Of a stretch of 64,000 nucleotides of DNA, positions 49,395-64,000 are shown one piece after another. Where the stretch lies: contig CM082596.2 of the NCBI GenBank assembly GCA_040954595.2, positions 8,693,124 through 8,757,123 on the forward strand, read 5' to 3'. This DNA comes from Balanoglossus misakiensis (Eukaryota; Animalia; Hemichordata). Position 1 is the stretch's first letter. Each line of letters starts with the position of its first letter. The notes below the pieces were generated by a model. That model was not told the origin of the DNA and ran no database searches. It saw only the letters and a program-made list of their open reading frames with translations. A program made the translations under genes and the position numbers.

Positions 49395-52300
49395 CTCGCC
49401 CACCAGATTATAGCCCTGTTCTTGACGTCACACCGCGCGCGGACAAGAATATACGTCTGAATGTTTGTCAGACTCGAATTATCAAACTCAAGAGTAACAT
49501 ATGCAATGATGGACACATACCAGCTCTTGTCAAGTGGTTGCAAATTAGGGATGATCTTGGTGTGGCATCCATTTGGTTTCCACTTTTCGACAACGCACTC
49601 TGGAGTGTGTTGACTTCCTCCATTTTACTCTTGAAATGTTTCGAGTACTGAAGTTAATGTCGGTTTCGGATTCGGATTCAGTTTCGGATTCGGGTTCGAG
49701 AGACTGAAAGTTTAGCATTTTCGCATTTTCGGGCGACCATCGCGGTTTGGCATCTGCAGTACGAGTATGAAAATAACTCTGTAAAAAAATATGGATATAT
49801 TTGATCAAACTCTCTCGACATGTTATGTATGATAATTTTGGCACCAAAACACTGTTTTTTTCACATCGGAAATTGTTAAATACATATTTTATCATCGAAA
49901 AACATACTTCGATGATAAAAATATAATATTTTGTAATTTTCGGCTTGAATAAATATTGTTTGGGTGAGAAAAATGTCATACATAACAAGTATCAGCGGTG
50001 GGATTGGGGTCAGGGAACCAGACTAGTATCATTCAACTCGACGATACTGAAATAAGCCTCGGACTCGGTTTCAGTTTCGGATTCGGAATCGGTTTCGAGA
50101 GACTGAAAATTTCGAGGGCATCTGCGTACGAGTATGAAAATTACTTTGCTAAAACACCAATAAATTTGTGTGTGAGTCTATCTAAAACACACTGGGTATG
50201 GTGACCAGGCTACACCTTGGCACATACACCGAGAACAGCCAAGACAGAGAAAAGAACAGCAAAAAGATCACCAAAGCTAAAAACAGCGCCTAAACTCTAT
50301 GTCTGATTTTAATCTGATTGCCGTCGACCCTGAGTGAACTCCAGCAGTGCCATGATACGCTGACAATATCATGAATTCAATCACACATTTTGTTGTACAG
50401 TTTTTTTCAGTTAGAGAAGGATGGGTAACATTGTCAATATAATCTTACAGACCATTCCCTTTACCTCTAGTATACCTAATTATGGAAATCGAGAAAAAAA
50501 ACTATTCAAATTCCTTAGCACCTTCAAAGTTCCATGAGGCGACTAAAATCGGTCAACTGTTTAGATTTACATAAACACTTTATCATTTACATGTTCTGTA
50601 ATTTGATGTTATATGCTTTGGATTATGAAATTGATATTCAAGAGGAATACTTTGAATCAATGCCAGGGTTTTGGCCAAGTGGTTGGGTGCCATTTTCCTT
50701 GTAGTGTGATTATGTTTAAAGTCCACAGCAATGCAAAAACATAGGGCCAGGGGCTGCAAAGAAATTTAGTCTTCTACCGAATAATCTCTACAAGTTTATT
50801 TCTATGGCTAAAGACCATCTTCCATGAAATACATGAAGAGAGACCTGAATGGTCGACATTAGCAATCCTGAGGCTGTTGTATATGGATCAAACTACTTTT
50901 TCAAAAACAAAATTATAATAACTTATACATACAAAATGAAATCCCAACACAATAAAGTGTGGCAACACAATTTATTAAAGTTGAATAAACAGAAACAAGT
51001 CTTTCCAATTTTCAAGCGGGGGAATAAATAATCTTACACTAGCTGCATGCCAAGTTGGCGGTGACAAAAATGCGATTTCAACATGAAAACAAACTGAGAA
51101 TCTTCATACAGATAACACAGGTATTCTCAGTAATATCGTATTGATAGAGTTCATATACCACAATATTTACACTGATCTGATGACAGTAAATATAAATAGC
51201 AGCTGTTGTACAAAAGTGGTCTTTTTCTTTGATATTTCAAAATGACTGATATGAAGTGCGCCCTCATATGATGGCTACGCATGACTGATAACATTCATTG
51301 GAAAATACTTCAGAAACTACATTTGCACTGATAAGTCACATTCTGCAGAAAGATAACAAAATCAATGCTAGCTTCTAGCAAATACAAACTGTACCATAAA
51401 TTAATCTGTCCAATAGAAAAAAATTGACGTTTTCACAGCCACTAGATTTGCATGTCAAAAAGTTACAGGCTCTCTCCCTCACAAAAACTGGTCAATCCCT
51501 TCTCTTACAACCCCCCCCCCCTCCCCACCCTGTATTCTCAACAATTCAACAATCCCCTGACGCCCACTCTAACCCTGGTCAGATAAACTTCACACCTCTC
51601 ATGGCAATAATATATTGTGCGTATCATTTTCGTGGTCAAAAGGAAAATATGAAACCCTACCCTCCCATCCCATCCAAACCAAACCCCGCGCAACCAATCC
51701 ATAAATATGTGTCTCTATGTATTTGTTTCAAATGTGCTCTTAACACTGGTATGCACAAAAATGCAAAAGCAAACAAGACGATAGTCACAGAGAAAAATAG
51801 CGTCAAGGACACTGTGGTCCCATTTGAGGATTATGCCGAAACAGTGACACACCAGAATAAAAATTACAGGTGACATTGCAAGCAGATATGATCTTACCAT
51901 ATAGAAATATGGAATGTAAAAAACTTAACAAGGAACATGCCCAATAAACTGTCATGTGTCATGGCAGTCTTACAAGTGATGCTAGAAAAAAAATGACCAA
52001 AAATTGTCTGTACAAACACATATGAGAAGCAACTTCTTTCAGTCAGCCCTGGAACAGACATACAGACAGACAGACAGACACACACACTGACCTGCCACTG
52101 CACTGGTAATTAAAAATTTAATAGCTGGTGGTCTCTGTAACAGCTGGCCTATTAAAGTTATGTAAACATGTCTTAGTTCGGGGTAACAATTCCTTGTAAA
52201 CAGTAACTTTAAAAACAACTGGACAATTGGTTTAGGAGAAGATTTGCTAACCAAAAACAAAGAAACTTACAAAAAAACTCGCTAAATAGTGAATATTTCT

Positions 52301-54689
52301 GATATCAGAATTGAATAAAAGTTGCACATATACATGTATGTGTTATGAAATTATATCCTAAATTTCAAAGCAATCAGAGAAAAAACAAATTTCAAAGCAA
52401 TCCAACAAGCAGTTTTACAGATAAAATTTGTTCAACAGTGGCAAAAACACAAATATGCTAATATCACCAAAATTGTACAATATCTTACTTCAATCACTAC
52501 AAGGAACATGCTGCCAAAGTTCAATGCAATATGACAAGCGGTTTCAGAGAAAACAATTTTTGACCAAAATTGCAAAAGTTTCCCCGATAACACCTTTATG
52601 CAAATATCACATTTTGTTAAAACATATTACTTAGGTTACCCCTACGAACATGCCTACCAAATTGCAAAGCAATCTGGCATGCGGTTTTAAAGAAAAAACA
52701 ATTGACCAAAAATGGCAAATATTCCTCAAAATTATAAATATGCAAATTTTGCAACAATTTGAACAAAACTATGGTTACTCAGACAACCATTAGGAAGCTT
52801 CATACTAAACTTTAAAGAAGTAAGCCCATCACTTTCAGAAATGAAGACTTTTTACCAATACCATGGAAAAATACAAAAAAATGCATAAAAAATAGGAAAT
52901 CGATAATATTAGCTCAAAACATACAGGACTGTATGAGGTTGACATAAGGTACATGCATACCAATTTTTAAATCAATATGACCAGTGGTTGTCGAGTTTTT
53001 GAGTTTTGACCAATTTCACATTTCCCCAGCTAATTTGCATATTTTGGCAATGACAACTTCATTTGAACAAACTCCCATCTACAGCCCTGCCTGCATCTAC
53101 ACACCAAATATCGAGGTCATATGCGCTGCGGGACATACAGACATATATCCATCCATCCATCCATCCATACATACAGACACAACCGATCCCATAAGGTCCC
53201 ATGGTACATACCAATGGGACCTAAAAATCAATAGCTGTTACCTCGATTTTGTAATCATTACTATAAGTATCAATTGAATACCTCTACATACACACATATC
53301 TGACAAATCCACACTTTGGTCCAATTTCTCTCTTTAAAAAAAGTATTTTATTCGAGAATTCAGACAGAAAATAAAATATTTCCATATCTTATGACATGCA
53401 TTGATCAACACATCTTGAAACATGAATATCCCTCCACGACCATCAAAAATATATTTCAAATTCTCTCCATAAATATGCATTATAGGCTTAATGAAATATA
53501 TAATAACTAACACTTTCCCAGTCACACAAGATTCCTGCGCATTCCGTGAATTACTACAGAGGTTTTCCAGGAATATTAGCAGCGTACAATATCCTTTTTC
53601 AGAGATAGAGAAATTAATGAATTCTGTACAGCAACATACATAGTTGATTTTTTAATCATGGTCTTCATATACAGCTGTGAATTTGATTCATCAAGTCTTT
53701 CACAGAGTTGCTTCAATTTCAAGCAGACTTTACGAGAATAACGCATCTTGGTAAACCCTCTTTCGACTCTGAGGTCGAACATGGACCAATCCAAAACAAT
53801 GGATTTGGATCAAACCACTGTGGTGAAAGGGTTAAACTATTAAATACTAATTGAAAAGACCAGTTACACATGATTCAGAGGTGAAATTTGGCAGCTGTGA
53901 TTGAAAAGAAATGTCATCATGAACAGAATGCCCACTATCCTTTAATTATCTTTGGGTGGTCACTTCACAGGCCAACGATCGTCTTATGTGCAATACATGT
54001 TCTGCAAATTTGGCGTTCGGCACATGCAAATAGTGGACTGCCTTCATGTCCTTCCATAATTCTTGTGCATCGTATAAGAAGACTTTAGTTTTGTGCCTTC
54101 TTTTCACTCACTTTGCTGTCTTTTCCCGATCTCTGACACAGACTATGGTCACCACCATCTTGTCTGTTGCTAGGACAACACACTGCCTTATGGCATTGAC
54201 TGTATACAATTTTTGTAACCAGAGTCTCTGGTTAGGCACATGCCCATAAGACGATCCTTGCCCTTTAAACCTTTCACCCCGCAGTTCCCTCTTTAGAGGT
54301 CCAACTTTACTACAGAAAACAATGGGTCTGGACTAAACCATAGTGGTGTAAAAGGGTTAATGACATGTCTCAGATACCGTACATCATCTTCCATCAATAT
54401 GAATGAAAATTATTTCAGGCAAGACCGACTAGCTACTAGTATATAGACAAGCTAACTGACAGTAGTGTTCTTGGGTCGAACACTGGACTAACAAGTCTCT
54501 TATGAATTGAGAAAGCTAGTTTAAAGGGAAGTTCTTAGTGAAATTGTAGCCTCAATAGACCCTTGATCATACTGGCAAAATACCTCAGAGGTCGGCAAAA
54601 ATAGCACAAACAAAACAGTTTGTGTAATTGTATTTCAGTATGGAATATGTTGAAAGTATTTGACCCTGCAAGATAAGACAGTTAACTAA

Positions 54690-54824
54690 GGGAGCCTTCA
54701 GTATTTACAAGGGGGGTGGGGTGGGCCGGGGGGATTCAGCGTACACCTGGACTGTAAAAGGTGACCCTCCCCCAAAGACAGGTTTGTAAAAAGTGACCCC
54801 CCTTCGTAATTACTGAAGGCTCCC
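54690..54824. mobile_element. PIF/Harbinger (Tourist-like) MITE
   Basis: TIRs GGGAGCCTTCAGTA, TAA TSD. Confidence 0.75.
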
Positions 54825-55513
54825 TAAGCTTGGGAGATTGAATGATAAACTGGTGCAATTTTGGATTTGGAGTAGCTGTGGTTATAGAATCAGCTAATTT
54901 TCTGGTTGTGTTAACAGTTAAGGATATCAGTATTGTGGAGAGAAAACAATATACATTGCTGTGTATTAAAGTCACATGTGTCGGGATTCAGCCCTGGATA
55001 AGGATACATGTACATGTAAAGTAAAACCTGTCTAAACCGTACCCTATCTAATCTGGAAACCTGTCTATACTAAACACATTTTCCTGCCCCTTTGACATAG
55101 AACCACATGTTAAAAGAACCTCTATAAACCAGACACCTCTACAAACCAAAGTTTCATTTTGCCCTTTGGTGTTTGGTTTAGACAGTGGAAACATAACAGC
55201 TACACTATGGCTACCAGCCAACTATCAAGGCTAATATATTAAATGACAGTGGTGTCAAAATTGACAAGAACAATGACAATATCTATCTTTGGAGTGAAAG
55301 CAGAGAACAGTAGTAGATACATTCACACCCGTAAAGTGCGCTTTAAACTATTATGGAGTCAATTTATTATTTATACAGCATAAGATTTTGGGAGGGCAAC
55401 ATGTTGCTTTTATATAAGAGATGTGCAACACAAGACTGGTCATTAAAGAAAAGTGGATCTTCACACACCACCAGTATAGCAGATGATACACATATGCTGT
55501 GCAGGCAGCTTAA

Positions 55514-55747
55514 AGTGAAGGGGTCGTCGCGCCGCATTTGTTTATAAACATTACAATTCATCCACAAATCCCTGAAATTAGATCATTTTTAGAATGAGGG
55601 AAGCAGCCAGTCGTAGCGTAGACTGGGCATGACAGCAACTGAAGATCCTAGTAGGTCGTGGCGACTGCAGTGAGGTTTATGCTGGTATGGGAGGAGGACA
55701 TATTCTCATCAAGGGGGACACCCACGCGGCGCGACGACCCCTTTCCT
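55514..55747. mobile_element. Degenerate MITE
   Basis: Inverted AGGGGTCGTCGCGCCGC ends, TTAA on the left side. Confidence 0.55.
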
Positions 55748-57213
55748 ATAATGTTGAAGACTGTGTGTACATGGCTGTAATCAATATTACACATGTAAAT
55801 AGGAAATTCTTCCATAGAAATCTATATTTCATTTCAGTGTGATGCTGAAAAGTACATGTAAGTATATGTGTGAGTGTGTGTGTGTGTCTATGTGTGTGTG
55901 CAGTTCAATCTAACCCTAACTGATGATAAAAAATATTCACACTTTCCATTTGCATATTTCTCTCTTTTCATCATGTACATAAAATATGCATCGCACACCT
56001 GAAGCTAACTTTCCTACTGACAAATTAATGTCAATTGATATATATTTCAGAAGCTTTTAAATTAATTCCATGATAAGACCTACAAATGTAGGAAACTGCT
56101 ATACATCAATTGACTTGGAAATAATTTTGTATTGGTAATTTCTATCAGCATGGTAATGAATCCTCAGTTGGCATTGGTCTGAGAGACAAACTTAAATAAT
56201 TCTGCTTCGTATAAACCCTGGTAGTGCACAATACACCGCAGAGAGAGAGAGAGAGAGAGAGAGACTTTGCAAGTGCAGAAACATGGTGGATGACTACTGG
56301 AATTTCAACTGAAAGGTACTTCTCTAAGCATACATAACTTCATGCTTACAAGTAGCATACAGAAACATGTAAAATACAACTCTACGATAAATATTCCATT
56401 CTGCATTTAGGTCACAGAGGGGGTAGAAAACTTCAAAGACTCAGACTTGCCAAGTACGCTTACACTGATGCACACTACAGGAACACATTGGCTGTGTTCT
56501 ATTTTTTTCCAGTCTCAAGCAGAGTTCAAATGAAATTGAAATGCCCATTTTTGCTGGATAATACAATAAGGTATATGTTTCACATGCTAAGTTTAATGCT
56601 AAATAATTGTACATCTAAATAATGGGAGTAGAATAAGACGGTAACATATGCATGGAACACAATAACATTAATTACAGTTTTATATAGAAAATAAAATATA
56701 CTATCCTTTCTTGAAGAAGCAAACCAAAAACTTAAAACAAAACAAAGTAAAGACATACATAAGTAACAATTTGCCAGATTTTTTATATATCTAATTTGTT
56801 CAGGCATATCTTTGAAATACCCTTGGACATAAAACAGGCAACATGGCAGAGTAGTGGCTAGACTATATAGGTATTAATTATTGAAGACACAGAAATTATC
56901 ATGTGCCTATTACTGTGGGTTTTGTCTTTCAAAGACATTGGTGCAGACATGTCAGACTCATGGATATGTGAACGAAAAACACTGGCAAGAAAGTCAGATC
57001 ACACTGTGGAACAAATATGACCTGTCGTGCCAAACTTGAAAGAGGAACACAAGGAAGACAGACTATCAAAACACAATGTGTTAATCCACATTCCTGACTT
57101 GCCTACCAGAGACTGATGATTTTCGACTGTGAGAACAAGGCTTAGTACTGAATAGTTTCTGTGCAAATTATGCGATTGATATCACAGCTTCAAGATGAAA
57201 CCTCTTTCAAATA

Positions 57214-57401
57214 CTGTAAAACTGGAAATTTTTCACAAACAATTAATTTTCGAGAACTCAGTGAGAGCCAAAAAAAAATTAAAATAAAAAGTTGCGTAAA
57301 AATTTTTTTCAGAGATACGGATGCAGAGAAATACGAGCACGAAGAAAATTAATCGGTGACATTGCGAAAATTTCCTGTCACGAAAATTTCCCGTTTTACA
57401 G
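57214..57401. mobile_element. Tc1/mariner-type MITE
   Basis: TA|CTGTAAAAC...GTTTTACAG|TA. Confidence 0.7.
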
Positions 57402-58004
57402 TACCTATACATGATCTGATATGCTTAATTGGACAGTAAAGAATGATACATCTCGCACAACTCTCCAACACCAATATTCCCATTAAAATACATCCTCCAT
57501 AAATGTACACCTATAATACCATAATTTAATTCTGATTTGCCAAATGTAATGTAAAAAATCTTAGGGTCACCAAATGCTGCCATTACAACTGATGACCTAA
57601 AAGAAACTTAATTCTTGCGTTATACCTTTTGATTTGCATTTAATCATTTAAATATTTGACCAAATCTTCAAAGCACACCATGTGTGGCATCTCATCATGT
57701 CAATATTAATTCCTTATAGAAATAACCTGTGACCCCAAAAAGGTCTTTGACCTTGGTATGAACCAAACCTGATTTTTAAAGGTATATGGTCACCTATGGA
57801 AATTGAGGTACTGTTCTACACAATCACAGGGTGGCACACGTGAAAAAAGAGCGCCACCATGTGTTCTTTGGAACACTCAGATACACCATTTTTGCCATAT
57901 ACAGACATATGTAAATTGGAGGTGACCATGTACCTCTAATGCAGCATATAAAGTAGACAGACTGACAAGCTTATCTGAATTTCCCTTGTAGTGATGTCAC
58001 CCTA

Positions 58005-61000
58005 TTATAGAGCTGAGATCAATTTCTCTTCAAAGAGTGCAATTAACAGCATGATGGAGACGCCCGTCAAAATGCCAATATTCTGCAGCACTAGATGACA
58101 CCATAACTTGCTTCCTTTTTTGGAGTCGGTGTGCATCATCTCAGGCAACTGTAAACAAACACAAAGAGATAAACATTGATTTGAAGTCAAAATAGTCTCT
58201 TTTTAGCTTATATGGGTGGGATTGGATGTACATGTCTTGTGTCAAACATAATTAATGGAAAAAGGGCAATGAGAGAGAGACTTTGTCCCTTTAATAGAAA
58301 GGAGAAATACTTAAATTGAAACTTGATTTATCCCTGCTAGTACCTGTACCACCCTATCTTTCTCAGTTCCTTCACGCCCTGCCCTAACGACCCTACCAAT
58401 TAACCAATGCAAAACATAGACTCACCATATCAACCAATGCAATGTAGAGGAACATGCCACCAGCCAGTGCAAATATCCAAAGACTGGCACTCTCAACGCT
58501 GCTGAGTCCAATGCCAATGAACATACCAATGTAGCTCAGCACGGAAGACATTAAACTGTACATCACAGCTTGTTTGACTGGCATGCCCGATGACAGAAGA
58601 ATGGCAAAGTCACCTGAAAAAAAAAAGAGAAATTCAACATTATTAACCCTTTCGGCACTATGGTTCAGTCCAAACCCATTGTTTTCTATGGTAAGGTTGG
58701 ACCTCTAAAGAGGGAACTGGGGGTGAAAGGGTTAAAAGGGTGATGACTGTCTTGTGCGCATGTGCCAAATGCCAAACCAGAGACTCTGGTTACAAAAATT
58801 GTATTACCGTACTTGCCCGGGTAAGAGCCCCTGCTCGGACAAACGCCCCCCCCCCCCCCCTGGTTTTAGGGCCCATTTGAAGATCGAGGTTATATCCGGT
58901 CTAAAACCCCCCAATTCAACGATCACGTAGATGGACGCGCTGCCGCGTATGAGGTCACCGGGGAGCTTTCCAAAGCGGCCGCGTGGAGCTGCTTCAGTCC
59001 GTCCTCGACGCGAAACACCCAAAATTGGAAGATCCCGACTTGGACTCGGAGAATGAACCACTCAAAAATTCCGGTAGAGAAAGGCATGATTGCCACGATT
59101 AAGATAGATATTTACGTGCGTCCGTCCGTCGACGTCTAAGTATTAAATGCATGTGTGGGATCGACCATTTACCAATGTCCCGGTTAAACGGGATGTTTTG
59201 TCTGCGCCCATGGTGTCCCGATTAAACGGCGGCGACTGTAATATGTTTTCTGTATTTCATTTATGGGAAAACAAACTTTTTATTATTTAATAAATACATT
59301 CTTTGACCGTGAAATGTTTTGCCATGTTATTTGTATCATTATTCACCCCTTCCTCGTGTCCCTAGGCCCTCATTTGCATAAATGTCGAGGTTGCGTCCGG
59401 GTAAAAGCCCCCCCCCCCCCCCCCCCCCCTGTTTTTTTGGTTAATTTGTGGGCGCAGCACCCGGGGCTCTTACCTGGGCAAGTACGGTACATGATTGTAC
59501 AGTCAATGCTGTAAAGGCAGTGTGCTGCCCCAACAACAGACAAGATGGCGGCGACCATAGTCTGTGTTGGGGACCGGGAAAGACAGCAAATTGGGTGAAA
59601 AAAGGGGACAAAACTAAAGTCTACTTCAACGGTTAACAAAGGCAGCCCACTATTTGAATGCGTCAAACGCAAAATTTGCAGAACATTTGAATTGGACATA
59701 ATGTATGTATATACATGTAGGAAATTGCACATATGCGCTTGAGACAACCGTCAGGCATTAAGTATGATCAAGGCACTTGTATCAACTTTGAAATGTGTTA
59801 GTATTCAAACATGAACGTGCAAACAAGTGAGTCACTGTCTACCAAAAGGGGTAAAAAATACATACAAGATATATAGTACACACACCAACACAAATGATGA
59901 CATAGATCATTTTCAAGAAATCTCTAAACAAAAGTCTGTTAGAACACACAAGAAAATGACTGTTTTTGAGGATGCACCTACCTAATTCATGTGGTAACTC
60001 GTGGCAAAATATAGCGATGGACGTACTGAGTCCGCCGGAGAGATTGTCGGCAAAGGCAGCACCTACGGCCAAACCATCGCTGAAGTTATGAAGTCCATCG
60101 CCCATGATGACCATCCATGCAACCGAGGCGATTCCCTTGCCCACTTCTGGACCGTAGTGGTGATGATGGTGATGATGTTCATCGTCGTTGTCATGGCTGT
60201 GCACATGAGCTTCTTCCTCGTCTCCATGGTGACTATGGTTGCTATGGTTGCTGTGTAATGTGTTGTCACTTTGGTGAGACTGTTGGGAAAGTTTTCTCTG
60301 CCCAGCATCTTGGATGTAAACGGAAGTGTCTATAGTCACTCCATTTTCTGTAACAGTCAGATTTTTTTTGTTGATTTCTGAAATTAATAATAGACCACAA
60401 TACATTCATAGTGCGTGGCAAAATTCAAGATTACCATTTTTGGATCTCTAAGTAAAGAAAGCTAAGCCAATGCTATTGTGTTACCCCATTCCATACCCAC
60501 ACTGTACGACCTCATTCCATGCCCACAGGGTAGCGTGACCCTATTCAATGCCCAAATTACCATACCACCCAATTTCAGGGAGCACTATGAAGCATAACTG
60601 AGTAATAAGCCCTGAAAAGTCATATATGATCATATATCATGAAACAAATCAATATCCATAGCAACATCATAGTACACTATCGGTATATATCAAAGTGGCA
60701 TGAAATCAGTTCAGGCATGACTGTGTGATATGAGGACTGCTATCTCCACCCACCAGTTATAGTGCAACAGTTGGAGAGTATTACCATTAGGGCAAGTTTC
60801 TGGGTGGAAATAAAATGCCCAAAGGTTAAAGGGACAAAGTCTCTCTCTTGCTACCCTTTTTCCATTAATTATGTTTGATACAACACACCGCTTATACAAT
60901 GTATTATTTAACACGTGGATATATAGTGAATCAACGTTTGACCACACACAACATCCATCCAACTTGTAGACAACAGAGTAAAAAACTCACCAAAATGAAT

Positions 61001-64000
61001 AATCAATGCTTACCAGTCCATTTATTCATTTTGGCGGGATTTTTACTCTCATATCCTACAAACGGGATGGAAGTTGTGTGTCGTTGAATGTTGATTCTCT
61101 ATATATCCACATGTACATGTAGAATAACATAACCGGTGTCTTGTATCAAACATAATTAATGGAAAAGGGCAGCGAGAGAGACTTTGTCCCTTTAACTGCC
61201 CTATGACTGTCTGAATAATGGATCCTATCAGACACACATGCTGTTAGGAACCCTAACCACTGCGCTGCCTACCTTGTTCTGTAACAGGCAGAGCCACCAC
61301 CATCGGTGTACTTTCCATAAATTGGGACTTTCGGTTGGGATCAGAGTAATCACTCAATCTCTCTCCAACCGCATGTTGTTGCTCCTCCATTTGTACTTTG
61401 ATGGCTTCTTTGCGACTGTTCTGTAAGAAAAGTTGAACAAGTACAGTTTTTAAGAATTGGTCGATACTAGTATTGAAAATAATTAATATTTGGTGCCTAT
61501 AGAATGTTTATAAGTGTTTAGTGATGTGTCCTGAACTGTACAACTGTAATCACATACATGGTTGTACCATAGAAATTGTCAAAGCATATCAGTTTATTTG
61601 AGGATAATGTTGATCACTTTTCTACTGTATGTTCTACTTCCCCAGCATTATTTATACTCTGAACCCTTTCACTCCCATTTCTGTGCATACAGAGGTCCAT
61701 CATTGCCATTGGGAACAATGGAGCTGTACCAAACCATTGTGGTGAAAGGGTTTAAATGTGTATTATATCCGGTGGAGTGAAACATCTCCATTTCTGAACT
61801 CCTGTTGAATCACAAAATTGTGACGGAGTTTATACTGCTTACAGCCACAACTGAACACAGATGTAAACAGAATTTGAAAACAAGAAACAGCAGGTGTGTG
61901 TTGTAGTCGCTGCACAGCAGACCTAATTCCTAGTACAAGAATTCTGGCTGCTTTAAATAGGTTTTCACTTTGCATAAAACTCATCAAACTTTTTTCACAT
62001 TTTGTTAGTTTTTCTGTTAAAAAGTTTCACCCATCATCACTTTAGCTTATGAACTCCCATTTCTTAAACATGGCAAAAATCGGCCATCTTGAAATTGTGT
62101 CGACCATATGAGATTTTCATCATTCACTTTGGTAGCTTAAAACCTATTTAAGGTAGGGAGAATTATCATTTATTCAGTGAAATACATGTAAAAGTTAGCA
62201 TACCCTTTTCCTCTTGTCTGAGAATATATGCATCAGACGTTCGGCCATAAAAAAGAAATAAATCCCCAACAGGACAACTAGGCCTCTCAACACTACATCT
62301 GGTGGTCCACTCTTGCCATGGTTGTCTCCAGGCTCATCACCATGGCTACCGTGACTGTCAGTTTCTTCATGGGCATGCAATCCAAAAGACTGGCAAAATG
62401 AACAGAACAGCTGTTTTATTTCATTGTCTCTCTCTAAAAGTTCAGATTATTATTCATTGATGTTGGTAGTAAAACAGAACTGATATTTTTTATCTGTGAT
62501 AAGTAACTGAGATAAAACAGTCTGTTAAAAGCATGTTGAAATAAATACTTTCAGTGTACTTTCATTCACTGTGCTCATGGTTTTTTTTAAAATAAAGTTT
62601 GGATCAAGACCCGCAGATAACAAAAAATTTATATCAATTTGATATATAATTACAGGAAAAAACATGTGAAAATAATAACAATGTTGACAGCAAAAAATGA
62701 GGCATTCAATGGGTTAAATCTATGATTTCATAACAAATTAAGAAGAGAATAAACAATAGACACAGATAGTGACTGTGAATGCATGAAACAACACAATATC
62801 ATGATGACAAATATCCAAACAGACCATTGACAATGCATTCACAATTTCACCAAGATATTCATACTACATTCAGTGACAACATTTAGAGCATGCGAGATGA
62901 CATTTATGTTGTACCATTACAGCCCCAACAGCTGTCACTTTTACCAAGACCATGTTTTTAATTAAAAACATATTTCAATTTTCTCCTCTTTACAATGGGC
63001 AGTTGAATAAATGGGTGTGGCACCCATTTATTAAACTTGTTAATATTTAAGTGTACTACCACAATCAGCTGTTGATAATATGTTTGTGTATTCACAAGTA
63101 AACTCACTTAAAAGGTCCAGTTCAAAAGTAAAATCACGAAAATAATTTTAGAAATTGGCAGTTATTGTGGCTTTAACCAACACTGTTTACACAGTCAATC
63201 AAACAACTTGACAATTTGAGAAAAGATGTTCAAAGATAATTACTTACATGAGGTATGAGATGCAAGACAGCATCGCCCGCTAGAGTCCCTACTGCTAGGG
63301 CCACCAGAAATGTTAACAGTTGTTTGTAAAATTCCGGGAATTTTTTGAATGCTGGCACGGTCAGTATTCCAATCAACGAGACGAGACTAATGATTGTAAT
63401 TGACAGGAAACCGTAACCCCAAACTGTAACAAATTGAAAAAGAAACAAATTACAATCCAGTCATAGCTGCCAGCTGAAGTGCGCCCTCTATAACATGGAC
63501 AGTTGCCAAATGAAGTGCGCCCTCTAAGGGGCATCAGTTGATCACTGCACCTTCTACAAACAGGAGGAAACTGAGGTCAAGTTGAGGAATGCAAAGATCC
63601 ATCCTTTCTGCACACATTCATATGTGTATGAAAAATTCTCCCACTTAAAGATTCTTCACCGGTGTTATGAGATACTTTGAAGTCAGACACTGTACAAGTG
63701 AATTATTACATCCGTTAAACATACTGACCAAAATACACTTTTGAATGCACACTGCAAAGGTGCAGGTAGTTATCGTGGCACTGCAGTGTAAAAATGTATT
63801 CCAAGCCTATCAGTGTAAAAATAGATTTTCACAGAAGAGAACTTTTCCAATGCAGACACTGTGCATATGTGAAAAAATATGCAAATCAAATGCATTCTTC
63901 AGCCATTATATTATCAATGATGGTGGTGATGATGATGATGATGATGATACAAACCTTGCGCAGGAGTACTTTGCAAACTTGGCAATGTTTCATCTTTCTC
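58005..64000 (-). CDS. SLC39A (ZIP) zinc transporter, LIV-1 subfamily (ZIP6/ZIP10-like), 3' part
   Basis: Exons >64000-63955, 63423-63248, 62389-62204, 61420-61273, 60377-59982, 58613-58426, 58148-58005, all in phase. Motifs [18 protein letters not shown], a His-rich loop, [20 protein letters not shown] (the LIV-1 HEXPHEXGD motif) and [11 protein letters not shown]. Confidence 0.93.
58643..58736. mobile_element. Short piggyBac-like MITE (relatives at ~151-232, ~663-760, ~61660-61755 and in each tandem unit)
   Basis: TTAA|CCCTTT...AAAGGG|TTAA. Confidence 0.7.
58807..59487. mobile_element. TcMar/pogo-like non-autonomous element nested in an older MITE
   Basis: TA|CCGTACTTGCCC(G/A)GGTAAGAGCCCC inverted ends. 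It interrupts a minus-oriented copy (58737-59758) of the repeat found at 366-663. Confidence 0.75.
60830..61191. mobile_element. Kolobok-like MITE (partial copy at 58233-58291)
   Basis: TTAA TSD; long imperfect TIRs starting AGGGACAAAGTCTCTCTC. Confidence 0.8.

Noticed and set aside
63920-63950. (CAT)n as a His-rich coding tract of the ZIP gene
   Set aside because: It lies just downstream of the splice donor at 63954, so it is most likely an intronic microsatellite.
54500-64000. Functional link between the zinc transporter and the zinc-finger cluster
   Set aside because: Adjacency only; no shared regulatory evidence in the sequence.

Overview
AT-rich, intron-containing eukaryotic DNA, probably from a marine invertebrate (inferred from the transposon repertoire and intron style). 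Positions 1-54,500 are a tandem array of about four copies of an ~8-10 kb unit. Each unit carries a minus-strand C2H2 zinc-finger gene with a homogenised 84-bp finger minisatellite, and each copy has its own young transposon insertions. The largest is a 16.1-kb nest in the intron of copy 2. Its outer element is a Chapaev/RAG1-like DNA transposon (14189-30306; CAC..GTG ends, 4-bp TSD, 11-exon transposase with Chapa zinc finger, RING and a RAG1/Transib-like DDE core). Its two ends are bipartite and differ by a 9-bp spacer, reminiscent of RSS asymmetry. Inside it is an ISL2EU element (17182-25560; 480-bp TIRs that appear to supply the same first coding exon to a THAP-DDE transposase and a convergent SWIM-YqaJ nuclease). 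Inside that is an internally deleted Ngaro/PAT-type tyrosine-recombinase retrotransposon (21351-24251). Also present: a 5'-truncated CR1/L2-group LINE with a 190-bp fold-back junction, a two-gene Tc1/IS630-like element, and many MITEs. Positions 58,005-64,000 hold the 3' exons of a LIV-1-subfamily SLC39A (ZIP) zinc transporter. Exon structures, TSDs and family names were derived by eye, without database searches.
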